Source of the DNA: Lophium mytilinum
Lineage: Eukaryota
Reading direction: 5' to 3'
Assembly (NCBI GenBank): GCA_010093605.1
Contig: MU004182.1
Coordinates: 1,149,032 to 1,213,031 of the forward strand
Length of the DNA: 64,000 nt
Shown here: one piece after another, positions 36,559-48,171 of the stretch
Layout: each line of letters opens with the position of its first letter
Numbering within the stretch: position 1 is the first letter of the stretch
Translations under genes and position numbers: made by a program
The notes under the pieces: generated by a model
What the model was told of the DNA's origin: nothing
The model's input: the letters and a program-made list of their open reading frames with translations, nothing else
Databases searched by the model: none

Positions 36559-36716
36559 CTGCCGCTGCTTGTGGTGCTTTAATGTATTTTTGAAGATAGA
36601 AATAAGATGGAAACTCTTAGCTTTGGGCTATATAGAAACTTGTTTAGGTACTCCAGGCAGTGGCAGACCGATGCACCTACATTACCTACCAGGTGGAACA
36701 GCCATAAGGGAGCATG
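36559..36716. repeat. Direct duplicate of the element interior 36193..36347
   Basis: Collinear, with differences dominated by C/T and G/A transitions (CTCCAGGCAGTGGCAGA versus CTCTAAATAGTAGTAGA). Confidence 0.85.
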
Positions 36717-37743
36717 GTAAACAATTGGCAGTAGAGACTGGCAGTCCACGAATCTATAAGACGTGCCTGACCTGCTAGGCCGGCGACATAACCCTCATAC
36801 CGCCCAAGTTCGGCGACGTTCGCTTATAGTGTGGAGACATCGTGAGAAAAGATGTTGGTGTTGCAAGCCCTGCACCGGCCTGAACAAGACCGGTCAGCGA
36901 CTTTGACGTTTGGCGAACAAGCTTAACATGCCGGGCTCGGGGGGTGGTGCGGGCGCAGATGAGCGCGGGCGTGATTCGCTGGCGTCAGCAAGGGATTCGA
37001 GTTGGACCTTGAGTTGGGGCTAAATATAGCAACTGAAACGCTGAACAAAACCATGACAGACCCAGGACTGCGCCGTCCGAACAGGCAAAGGACGGTCGGG
37101 CGGGCAGCCCGCCGGAAATGAGGACTTGCGCCACAGCAGCTGGCGAGGAGCTGTGGCGGACGGGGTATGAAGGTTGCGCACGCCTGAAAGAGGCCGCGAA
37201 TAGCGAGTTGAGGTAATCCGCTATTTTGGGCGCTGATGACCAAGATGCGAGATTGGGTGTTGAAGTGCGAGGATTAAGCCCGGTGCTGTTCTGGCTGGCG
37301 TATTCACGTTCTGGTGTGCTGGAGACGAGTGAAGGAAGGAACGCCCAACGAGTGCCGCGAGTGCAGGAGCGTTTCTATGCGAATTGGCCGTGAATCTCGC
37401 ATTTGCTTACCACGAGCCAGAAACAAGCAACGCTGCACCGCCATGTTTAGCGGAGTATGGGTCCCGATGGCGTTAGCACTTGTGAGGCTGTGGGACGGCT
37501 GGCTCCAGGGCTGTTCGTGGAGTCGCACAGGCCACCAAAGCTGAGAATGAGCTGTACAGTACATATAAGCGTACTTCGCCCTCCTCACCCACCATCTCTA
37601 CAGCCACCCATATCGCGTGTCTTTTGTCTTTTTAGCATTCGCTTCCTGCTCCTGAACTGCGAGCGACTACCGTCGGTGCACCACCACCCGCCCACGCTCC
37701 CTCCACCTAGTTCCCCTCAGCCTGCTCGTAATCAGCCGCAACA

Positions 37744-38824
37744 ATGGGTAAAGCAGGACGCTTTGCGTGCATTTTCGTGCCAATGGCACTGAGCATCGCC
37801 TCGCTCATCTGTCTGGCCCTCGTTTTCAGCGGCCAGCTAAACAAGGACAACTCGCTGCAGAACGAGTTGTACTTCTTCAAGGTGAGATTTCCTCGGCCTT
37901 GCTGCGCCTCTATCAGCTGAAATGCCCCCATACTAACGCGCAAAAAAGGCGGACACGCGAGAATTTAATGCGAATCCGGTGAAGTTACCGAATGAGAATT
38001 ACGACAACACGCTGTTCGATGCCCTGAAGGGCGCCGCGTCCAGCAAGGACCTCAAAGACTTCTATACCGTCGGGCTGTGGAACTACTGCGAGGGCGACAC
38101 CGATAAGGATGGCAAGAACCCCAAGGTCACCTACTGCTCGCCCCGCAAGACGTCCTACTGGTTCAACCCCATCGAGGTCTGGGACCTGAAGAACACGACT
38201 GCGCAAAAGGTGTTTGGCAACAAGATGGACAAGGGGCTCAATGCGTACAAGAAGGTTACCGGGTGGATGTTCGCCGCCTACGTGATTGCATTCTGGGTGA
38301 CCGTCGCCGAGATCGTGCTCGGCATCTTCGCCATCTTCTCCCGCTGGGGCAGCTTCGTGACCACCATCGCGTCCTCCGTAAGCCTTCCCAACCCCTCACC
38401 CACCCAATCCCAAAGCTAACCCGCAACCCCCCAGATCTCCACCTTCTTCATCTTCGGCGCCGCCGTGACTTCCACCGCCATCTACGCCGCGCTGACGGGC
38501 ACCTTCGACTCGGTGCTGAAGCCGTACAATATCAAGGCGTCGATGAGCAAGCAGATGCTCGGCGTTGTATGGCTAGCCGTCGCCTTCTCCCTCGCGTCCG
38601 GTCTCTTCTGGATGTTCAGCACCTGCTGCTGCTCCGGCAAGAGCAAGAACAAGAAGGTCACGGTCGAGAAGACGCCGTACACGTACGAGCGCGTTGCCAG
38701 CCCCTACCTCGGCGCCCGCGCCCAGGGCGGCGAGGACTCGCTCCCGCTCAATCCCATGCCGCATGGTGCGCATGCGGGCGCGCCTACGGGCGCGTATGAG
38801 CCGTTCAGGCAGCAGCATGTGTAG
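37744..38824 (+). CDS. SUR7/PalI family membrane protein
   Basis: MGKAGRFACIFVPMALSIASLICL, DFYTVGLWNYCEG, YWFNPIEVW, SRWGS, four TM segments, CCCSG, VTVEKTPYTYERVASPY. Introns 37882..37948 and ~38378..38434. Confidence 0.92.
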
Positions 38825-39927
38825 ACGGCGGTATTAGGAGTATGAACAGAAAGAGCGAGCGCGATTTGGGATCTTCCGAGCGAGCGAGCAAAGCAGCAAC
38901 TTGGGCGACGATATGCCGTTTCACGAGATGCATGAGGGATTGGCCTAACTTCCGGATTTTTTGACTGCAATGTTGGGGATGTCATGGTCCACGGGGAAAG
39001 TGGCATTATCACGGCGTTTATATCAGGGCAGCTCCTGGGGTTTGGGGAGAATTTACATGTTGCGGATTCCTTACTTTAGCCAGATACCTTTTATATCTGC
39101 AATCGGGCTTGATAGTGGGCCCCGGTTTCGCTGTAATCGATCTGAACTTGAAGAATTAACATGGAGAATTTTCTCCGTCTGGCTATGTTTGCAAGCAATG
39201 TCCACACTTATCAAATGCATTTCCCTAATAGAGAAATTTCCAGGGTGCTCTGACTCGCAACCAGCGCCCAACCTCATCCCCCCTGCTCACGCGCTTGTAA
39301 GCCTTTTGTGATGTTTAATTTCGAGGAATCCGTAAGCTGCATAGCAGGCCCTCTAGGCCCCACGCCTCGCCTCGCTAGGGCTTTGTCAGATGTCCTGGAA
39401 ATTGGGGCGATCTAACTTTACTCCCCCGGGGCTGGACTTGGGTAGCGCTGAGGGGTGCGTAAAGCGTATATCGCTTGATAACTGTGTTTGTCCGCCGACT
39501 GGCGGAAATTTGTTTTGCAAACAGGCGGTCTACATATCTTTGTGGAGGTGGTGCTGGGGGAATAGTACGGGGGGTTTGCCGATGCTGGAGAGGAATGGGT
39601 AAGGACTTCAGTAGGAAGATGGAGGAAGGGGGTTTGTTTCTGTGTTTGAGAGCTCGCGGGGTAGATTGGTTTGGTTGGGCTGGGGGAAGTTGGTGGCTGC
39701 TTCGGTTTCTGAGAAGGTGGAATGGTCGACGTGTTACGATACCGAGTTAATGGGATAGGAAGGGTGAAAAGTGTATGCGTTTGATGGAAAGAGTGCGTAT
39801 GTTTATGGGTTAGCGCTTTTTTGCGTTGGGTTAGGATGGTATGCCATTTTCAGCTTGACATTCTTGATCACAACGACGTGCTGGAGCTATGCTATAGCAG
39901 ACTGGGCTATGCTTTCATCAGCACCTT

Positions 39928-40144
39928 AAGAATTGTTGGAACTTGCTAAAGACTTTCGTTTCTTATCCACAATGGTAGACCTTTTCAAGAACTTTGATGG
40001 AGCGTACGTAACTTTGTTGCTCTATGAGCTACAGTACCATAATGGCTTATTTGGGAAGAATATGCACCATTTGTGTCATTGATTCCGTAAATATTCGTTT
40101 AGGTAAGAGGGAAAATCATCGGTTTCTTTGATACTAAAACTCTT
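39928..40144. repeat. Degenerate palindrome
   Basis: Nested pairs CACAATGGT/ACCATTTGTG, CTTTTCAA...ATGG/CCAT...TTGGGAAG and GACTTTC..TCTTA/TAAGA..GAAAATC. Confidence 0.55.
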
Positions 40145-40263
40145 GCCGGCTACTCAAAACGTGAAAATTCCTCCCATTTGTATCTCATCTACACGCTAAA
40201 ACTACGTAGAAACATAAATCTAAGCTTGATGCCATCGTAGCTTCGTCTCTTTTACACTTCATC

Positions 40264-41815
40264 CTACGATTTCTGCTTTCTTGCCTCCTTACCTTCCTTC
40301 CCCCCCTTCTTCTTCAACCCCAAATACCTCCTGATGACCTCCGCACACTCCCCAACTAGCTCAATCGGTACCTCATGCCCCGCATCCAACACTCTAACCA
40401 CCACATTCGCCTCCCCAAGCACCTTCTGCGCATCCTCCGAAACCTCCTCCGCCACCACAATCTCATCCCTGGCCCCAAGCAACAACAGCACCTTTCCAGA
40501 CTCCATCCCCATCTTCTGCGCCTCCGAATCCTTCGGATGCAGATTCTGCTGCTCAAGCCTTGCCCCAATCCGCGCCCACGTCTCCTGCTGCCCATGCACC
40601 GGCGTATTCTGAATACTCGAGATGAACGCGGGGACGAAGGCGCGGTGATGCTTGATCTGCCAGTCCACGACCTTGGAGACGGTCGACGCCGGGTGGTTCA
40701 GCAGCAGCGGTGACGTGGAGCTCTCGTACAGGCTCGGGCTAGAGATGCCGCTGCGGACGGACCCCGCGTCTGAATCTCGCTTCCATTTAACCTTCTTCTC
40801 AGCGACCTTGCCTTCGTTCGCGGAGCTGGGTTCGGGTTCGATGCTCCGCGCGGCGGCATCGCCCGTCCATAGGCGTCGGCCCACCATGCTCTCGACGAGG
40901 GTGGCGGGGAGGAGGCTGGTTTGGGCATACAGCATGGAAGTTTTCCAGCTGGTGTGGGACTTGCGTAGAAGGCCGCCGGGTGCGATGAGGATGAGGTTGG
41001 AGACGAGGTGGGGGAAGTGAGCGGTGAAGTTGGCGGCGATGGCGCCGCCGAAGGAGTAGCCGAGGAGGGAGAAGGAGGTCCACGGGGTGCGGCAGCTGGC
41101 GAGGGCGAGCAGGAGCTGGCTGGTGTAGAGGCGGTAGTCGTGCGGGAGGGCTTTGGGGGAGGAGGAGTAGCCGCGGCCGAAGAAGTCTGTTGAGGTGTGA
41201 GTCAGGGAGGGGGGTCGTCTGGACGGGGGGGCTGAATGAGGGGAGAAATATATGAAGATGAGAGGGTAGAAACGGCATGGATTTGAATAAAGCTTGAGAT
41301 GAAGGATCCCTTTTGAACTGATGGAGTGACGTATAATGAAAACGTGATGCAGGTTGTAAGAAGAATCTAGACTGTTTTGATATTTTTTGAACGGAAAGGC
41401 AATGATGAGACGTGAGATGGGATAAGCACGCACCCATTAACAACACTCGACACCCCTTCTCTACGAGATGATGGGCCAAAGCTGCCAAAGCAATGCTCGG
41501 AGTGCTGATCCCGTGAAGCATGACTACCTTCTTGCCGTCCTCAGGGCCCCATTCATAGACCCTGATGCTTCCATAGGGCGTGTCCACATCTCGACCACCG
41601 GGAATGGCATCAGGCGGATATGGGACAGCAGCAATTTCTTCTTCAGACAGCTTAGGAAATAGCGTCTCCCTTGGCGACAGGATAGCGTTCTTGGACCTTC
41701 CAGAGGATATGCTCCTAGAGATGACTAGAATGCTGAGCAGCGCTCCAGCAGTCACAGCCAGGGGAACGACAGTCTGGCGGCTCACGTGCGTGGAGGCCCG
41801 TTGAAGATATGCCAT
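40264..41815 (-). CDS. Alpha/beta hydrolase with an N-terminal membrane anchor
   Basis: TPYGSIRVYEWGPEDG, HGISTP, DFFGRGYS, nucleophile elbow GYSFGG, GARD, AGHE. Intron 41187..41433. Confidence 0.9.
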
Positions 41816-42632
41816 GCTTAAGTCAGAATGGAACTACGAGAATGGATGTGGATACAATAGAGGCTCGCGAGCTGGGCTGCAATTGGAGATTTTTTTCGCT
41901 GCAGGACGTCTGGCGACATCGAGTTAGATCGACCGCGCCACAGGGTGACAAAGCTAGGCTATTTTAGCCACAGCTAGCATCTATTTTGGCGTGCCCTGGT
42001 GCGCTTGTGCCCTCCAGCATGGTGTGGCAGCCTCGGCCTGGTCTCGGTGGAGGCGTAACTTTAGAGGCCTTTCTTGGGTTGCGTTTGAGGCCGCGCACTT
42101 CGATGCCCGCATGAAACATCCTCATGCAGCGCCGCAGCCTCTCGTCGTGGGCCGCCAGGATGGCTTCTCCAGATCAAGTTGCCAGCAGCTGGGTATACTC
42201 AGCCGCCAGCTCACCGCAGAGATGGCTACAAGCCTTCAAACGAGCTACCTCGATTCGCCGCAACCAGCCAAGAGATGCGCGCTGTGCGTCCGGTGGCTGT
42301 GTGCAGGTGAAGCTGATCCACTTGCGAAGGGCTGACCACCAACGCAAAGTGGAATCTGGGGCTGATGCAGTGCAGTCCATGTGCAGACCGAGCCCTACCT
42401 CCACCATACATACCCACGATACCCGTGCCATTCCGTCCTGTTCCCTCTTTCCCGTCGTCCTCTTCATGCAGCCCGGCGTTTGCTGAAGCCTCCACCCCCA
42501 GGCATTTCCGCCGAGAGCTCTCCACTGCTACGCGCTCATCAGCGGCCGATCCTTCTTTTCGATTCCCACCTGCCCACGTTGAGGCCAATTGTATACGGTC
42601 CTACCACGGTGGGATCTCTGTGCTGTTAGGAT

Positions 42633-44454
42633 ATGGATACGAGCACATGGAAAGCGCCGCAGCAGCTCCCCGAGCGGCTGCCTTTCTCCAAAAAAAAGCT
42701 CCCCAAGAAGGTGATGCTATCGTGAGTTCTGGCATGCTCCAGATATTGGAACAGTACGCTGATGGGCGCAGATATATCCTCGACTATGTTATAATTATGT
42801 ATGTTGGCCCCCAATCTGCGAAACACACGACCTCCTGCCCGAACCGGACTGACCCCCAGCTATAGAGTCCTAATTGCCGGCTTCTTTGCTCTCGACGCCG
42901 TTGAGCCATACCACCAGCACTTCTCCCTTCAAAACTACACACTACATTACCCGTATGCCGAACATGAGCGCGTCCCGGTGCCGTGGCTTGTGGTCATCGC
43001 TTGTCTAGGCCCAGCAGCCGTTATCGCCGTTTATACCCTCGTGATCGATGGACTCTTCTCACACCAGGTCGCGACGACTTCGACAGGCAGGAGGAGGAAG
43101 TTGACTGGCAAATACAGATTGAAGGACAGGCTCTGGGAGTTGAATTGCGGAATATTAGGGTTGGCGTTGGCCGTTGGCGCCTCGTTCGTCATTGTTGGTA
43201 GAGACACCCATAGTCCCGCATATACTCTCCCAATACTGACGCAATACAGGCGCTCTAAAGAATGCCATTGGCAAACCAAGACCAGATCTAATCGCGAGGT
43301 ATGCGCTGCGGAGATTTTTAGAAGACTAGCGCTGACTATGAATAGATGTATGCCCAAGACGCAGACCGACCCCCCAGGACTCAAGCTGTCAGATCATAGC
43401 ATCTGCACCAATAAGGACAATGCCGTTCTCAAAGATGGCTTCCGGAGCTTTCCCTCCGGACACAGCAGCAGTAGGTTTGAACACTCGAATACTTTTAGAC
43501 GCAACACTGATGCGCATAGCTGCTTTTGCTGGCCTCTTCTACCTCTCTATCTACCTAGTAGGCAAAATGCACGTACTAGACTCCAAGGGCGAAGTATGGA
43601 AGACTTTCATCATTCTCATTCCCACTCTCGGCGCTGCCCTAATCGCCGGATCCCGTATCATGGACGCCCGCCATCACCCTTTCGACGTCCTTTCTGGTAG
43701 TGCTCTCGGCATTCTCGTAGCATGGGGAGCATACCGCCAGTACTTCCCACCAGTGACAGAACCCTGGAAGAAAGGCCGTGCCTATCCCATCCGTGCCTGG
43801 GGCAAAGAGCCCGTCGCGCCCGTCCCAATGGCCCAAGTAGAAGAAGACGTCCAACCCCTCCGACCCCGTGTCCCTGACACCGAACGCGGACACGCTTCGG
43901 GCTTCTCCTCACCCACCGTCGTCGTTGGCTCCGGCGACACCGATCCCAACGCCAACGTCTTCCGCGCCCAAATTTCCGCCTCACAACGCAGCCGCGATGG
44001 GACCGCCTACCGCGGACCCCCCTCCTCCGCCTACAGCACCAACCCGCCAGAGCGACATGGCACCAATCTCACTGCCTCCTCTACCTACACCGGCACTCTC
44101 CCTGCCTCAAACCCCTTCGCGCCCCGCGACGCACACGACCCCTACGGCTACTCCTCGTCCGAGGAAGACGACTCCTACGAGCTGCAGCCCACGTACACCC
44201 TCACGAACCCGCATGGCGGGCCGCCCGTTGCCTACGATCCTGCATTTGGCCAGGACACGAGCTACCACGCGCAAGCTGTGACGCCCGTGCCCACACCGCC
44301 GCCACTGGCTCCAACCGTGAGGAAACCGCTGGCTCCCAGTACGAGTGGGGATATAGGAGAAGGCGGTGCAGCGCCGCCACAGCCGCCTGTGCATGCGGCG
44401 GGGACGACGGGGGAGTTTAGGGGCGTGCAGCTTACCGAAACGTACGCGAAGTGA
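42633..44454 (+). CDS. PAP2-family lipid phosphate phosphatase (Dpp1/Lpp1-like) with a long disordered tail
   Basis: After splicing: KNAIGKPRPD, SFPSGH, SRIMDARHHPFD. Five short canonical introns. First exon MDTSTWKAPQQLPERLPFSKKKLPKKVMLS. Confidence 0.9.
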
Positions 44455-44806
44455 GGGTACCGAATGATGTTCTTGAGTTTGCGAGCGAGCGAGCTAGTGA
44501 GCCGGTTGAGAGTGAAAACGGGGGTTGGAGGAGCGTAGATTGATTGATACGTATGGCAGGATCCTCGGCGAATACGTGTACGTTCTGGTGTTTAATAGTT
44601 CTGGAGTCTGGATGCGGGGGTTTTTAGGTTTACCGGCGAAGCGATGTGGAGCGGTGCTCCTTGCGCGGATGAGAGAGAAGAGGATGGGGAGAGTTGCAGA
44701 CGATTGAGCGTCTGGCGGGAGGGAGGTTGTGTCAGCGGCCGATGGGTTGAAGAGGGTGTGAGGTTGAGGGGCAGTGGTGGATCATGAATACTCTGTATCC
44801 AGGGTT

Positions 44807-44966
44807 GCAGAAGTACAGCTAATGAATGAAGAAACCATCTCAAAGCTCTATGTGCTGCCTTGTTTGACCTACGCAGTTCTGATGATTAGGGGGTCATCCA
44901 CGAAGCGTAGGGCACGTTGCGTAGCATGCTGTTCTTCTAACTCAGCTTTCATGCAGTCGCTTCTGC
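44807..44966. repeat. Degenerate palindrome between convergent genes
   Basis: GCAGAAG...ATGAA...GAAGAA (44807-44833) pairs with 44932-44966. CCTACGC...GATGA (44868-44885) pairs with TCATC...GCGTAGG (44894-44911). The two centres agree within 3 nt. Confidence 0.7.
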
Positions 44967-45197
44967 CAGAACTTGTGACAAAAGTGAGAAGGTTCTAGGC
45001 AGAGGTACCTTGTGGGATTGCAAAGCGGCCACGAGGAGGGCGCCTAATGTGCGACAAACCATGGACACATTAAATCTACACTCATGCTTGTATACAAGAC
45101 TATTGCTGCTACACCCACTAGTCTCCGGCAAGTCGATACAAAACGGGAGGACAACAAGTCCCATCTGGACCCAACATCGTACATACATCCCCACCTC

Positions 45198-47484
45198 TCA
45201 CGTCCCCACCGGCCCCAGAAACCCCTCCAACCTTCCCCTATCCATCTCCACCAACCCCACTCTCGCATCCCAGCTCTCCCAGATCTCGCGACTATAGTAC
45301 CTCGTCCACAGATCCTCGAACAGCAGCTGCGGATGGTGCGATATCAAACTCGTGAAAGCAGAGACATCAAAACCTTCACCCTTCGCGGACGCGAAATAGC
45401 CATCCCGTCGCGCCCGCATGACCGCAGCCGTAAAGACCTGGATCCAAAACGCCTTCTGCGTCAATCCCGGTATCTGCGGACCCGCAAGCGTCGACATCGC
45501 TTCTGAGGCGGCGGCGGAAGGGTTGCGAAAGGGGGTGGTGAAGAGGACGAAGAGGGCATAGAGGAGGTGCGCGTGGGTGGTGATTTCTGGCAGCTTGGCA
45601 GCAGAGAATTCCTGGGATTTCGCGAGTTCTTTGATTTGGCTGAGGATGAGAGCTTTGCGGAGTTCGATGTCGTCTTTGTTTCTTGAGGGGACAGACGACT
45701 CAACTACGATCAAGTCCTGGTCGTCTTCGTCGTCTTCGTTGGTGCGGAGGGAGGGGGGTTGGGCTTTGGTCTCCTCGTTGAGAAGGTTGTTTTTAGCTTG
45801 TGGTAAGCCTCCGCTTTGTGAGATTCCGATTACGTTTGGGAGGGGTTGGATATCGGGGTTCTTGAATTCCATACGTGCGGGGACTGAGTCCCACACTTTT
45901 GCTGTGTAGTACTTCTTCCACAGGTTCTCGTCCTTCAGGTCCGGAAACAGCGACGAGAAAGTCTCGAAGGTCATGTTGGCCAAGGAGGGCTTCTTTTCTG
46001 CGTTGGCTGTGGAAGTAGACGAGAAAGACTGGAAGGCTGGGAGTCCTGCAACAGCAGCGTGGGTGATCTGAACCCAGAACAATGCTTGAGTCTCGGAGTA
46101 GGCTGGGACAGATGAGTCGGTGGCTCGTAGCTGGAGGGTCATAGACTGCAGAGCTCGCAAGGTCGCTTTGATGATTAGGCCGCGGCGTTGGTTGGTCGTC
46201 ATGTACTCTCGGACGACGAGGAAACCAAACTGGGCGAGGCGGTAGCTGTGTGCTGTATCTTTGACTTCACCAGAGGTAGGCGTGGAAGCCTGAGGGCGGG
46301 AGCTTGGGGCTTTGGGGATATAGTCTGGCAATGGGGCAAGATCAGGCAGGCACCAATTTTCTTTTGCCTCTGGACTGAAGAGGAGAGCTTTGGTGTAGTG
46401 AGGTTGCCATATACGGCCATTCATCAGAGAGGGCGTATACAGCAGTACCTGTTGGAAATCTTCTGCGCTTGGCAAGGCCCCATCGTTCACTTCATCGCGA
46501 TACCTGAGAATGGCGAGACGGATATGATGAAGCCAGAAAATGGTCATGGTCCTGCACATTTCACAGATTAGTTGAATTTCTAAGGCTTCTTCTTGAAGCG
46601 ACGTACCTGTGTTGAGTATTCGTGAATCTTTGTGGATTGCTATCTCTCAATTGTTCCAATTGTTGGAGAAAGACTTCAACTGCGTCCCAAATTGATCCCA
46701 TCTTTGACAGAACATCCAAGTAAATCATATACCCGGCTTTCAAATGACATCGGTGATCCCACGCCGGTAGTTGTGCTGTAGTGAGCAGCTTCCAGAATTC
46801 GCCTGCGGAGATGTCGGTCAAACCTTCACTGCCTATCTTGGCTCTGAGTTCCTCATCGGTCGGCATTGCAGTGGTTGGGGCGATCGGTGATTTCTCCTTC
46901 CCTGGCCGCTTTTTCTGCTGCTGTTCCAAGGTCGTGTGAATCTCTTCGAAGATTTGCCAGACGTGGTCATCCTCCAATAGACTAAGCCCCGGCTGACTGA
47001 AAATCTTCCATTTCAACAACTGTGGCAAGGCTCTGAGCCTAGACTCATACTCCTCTTTTATCTTCCTAACCGTCTCATCCCGAGTATCAGGCGGTAAGAG
47101 GTCCTGCTTCGCCAACGCAACCCAGAAGTACTGTCCACCAGCATCGAGAAGCTGCTTTGCGTGCATCTCCAATAGCTCGAAAGAAAAGTTTCGATACCAC
47201 TCGTCTTGTGCCGTAACATCAACTAGAAACAGCACTCCTGACTCTGAGTCCAGGAGATGACGGGCGAGGGGAGCGATCTTGTCACACCCTCCGAAGTCCC
47301 AGAAGTTGATCTCTTTCTTCCCAAGCTTGACAGTTTCGATGTTGAACCCGATGGTTGGAATAGTGGTTATGACTGCGCCTGTTTTGAGCTTGTATAGCAG
47401 CGTTGTTTTGCCCGTCCAGCTTGAGCCGAGAAGAACGCATTTGTGATCGGCAGGGCGTCGCCAATGGGCGAGTCTGGATAGCAT
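45198..47484 (-). CDS. ARF-like small GTPase fused to three repeats of an uncharacterised domain
   Basis: GSSWTGKTTLLYKLK, TIPTIGFNIETV, WDFGGCDKI, AKQD. Intron 46552..46606. Repeated FW...F....P.L....W..(H/Y)Y...PD..PLP pattern. Confidence 0.88.
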
Positions 47485-47805
47485 AAGGCCTGCGATTGAT
47501 AAATTGAACTTTGGAAAGGGGTTTTGAGATGGTTTGGCGTTAATTTGTCGCCAATTGGTTGCCTTTCTGGGAAATTTCTGAAAGGGTGAAGAGTGATACG
47601 GTAAGGAGGATGAGAGACACAAGGGACGAGAAGAGAGAAGGGAACCGACGAGATTGAACTGCTCGGAAGTCTTGAATGCACTGAATGGGTGATTCTATAT
47701 ACGTGCTGTGCGCTTGCCAGGCTACAGCAGAAATGTGTCTCTTTTGTTAGTCTCATATTTGTGGCTGAAAGCTAAAATCTTCGAGCCATCAATTCGGTAA
47801 GCTCT

Positions 47806-48048
47806 TGCATCAATGCAGCTTTGACTTAACTGCCTAATATCCAAGAATTAAGATACTTATCATGAATTTGAAACAATCAACAAATCGATAGAGATGGATG
47901 GGGCTCTGGGGTATAAATGATATTGTGCCGGACAGCACCAACGCTTAGACGCATTGGCCCAACGTGTTGGACTTCTTTCAAAGCTTGCCATGATTATTAT
48001 GGTCTAGTCGACTGTCTTGTCACCTCCAGGTCAAGGATGAAGAATGCA
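47806..48048. repeat. Degenerate palindrome in the divergent promoter; related to the 36-kb family
   Basis: TGCAT...TTGAC pairs with GTCAA...ATGCA, and ATCATG..TTTGAAA..AACA pairs with TGTT..TTTCAAA..CATGAT, both centred at 47927. CCAAC..GAC..TGGCCC...GCTTGCCA resembles 36001-36051. Confidence 0.65.
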
Positions 48049-48171
48049 CGGCTGAAGTGGTGGTCCTGACATGTGACCGCGGGGAATAAGCGTCATGTCC
48101 AGGCACGAGCTTCAACGTACCACAGCTTCAGCAATCACCAGACAGGTCTCAAAACCTGCCGAGATTTCGAC

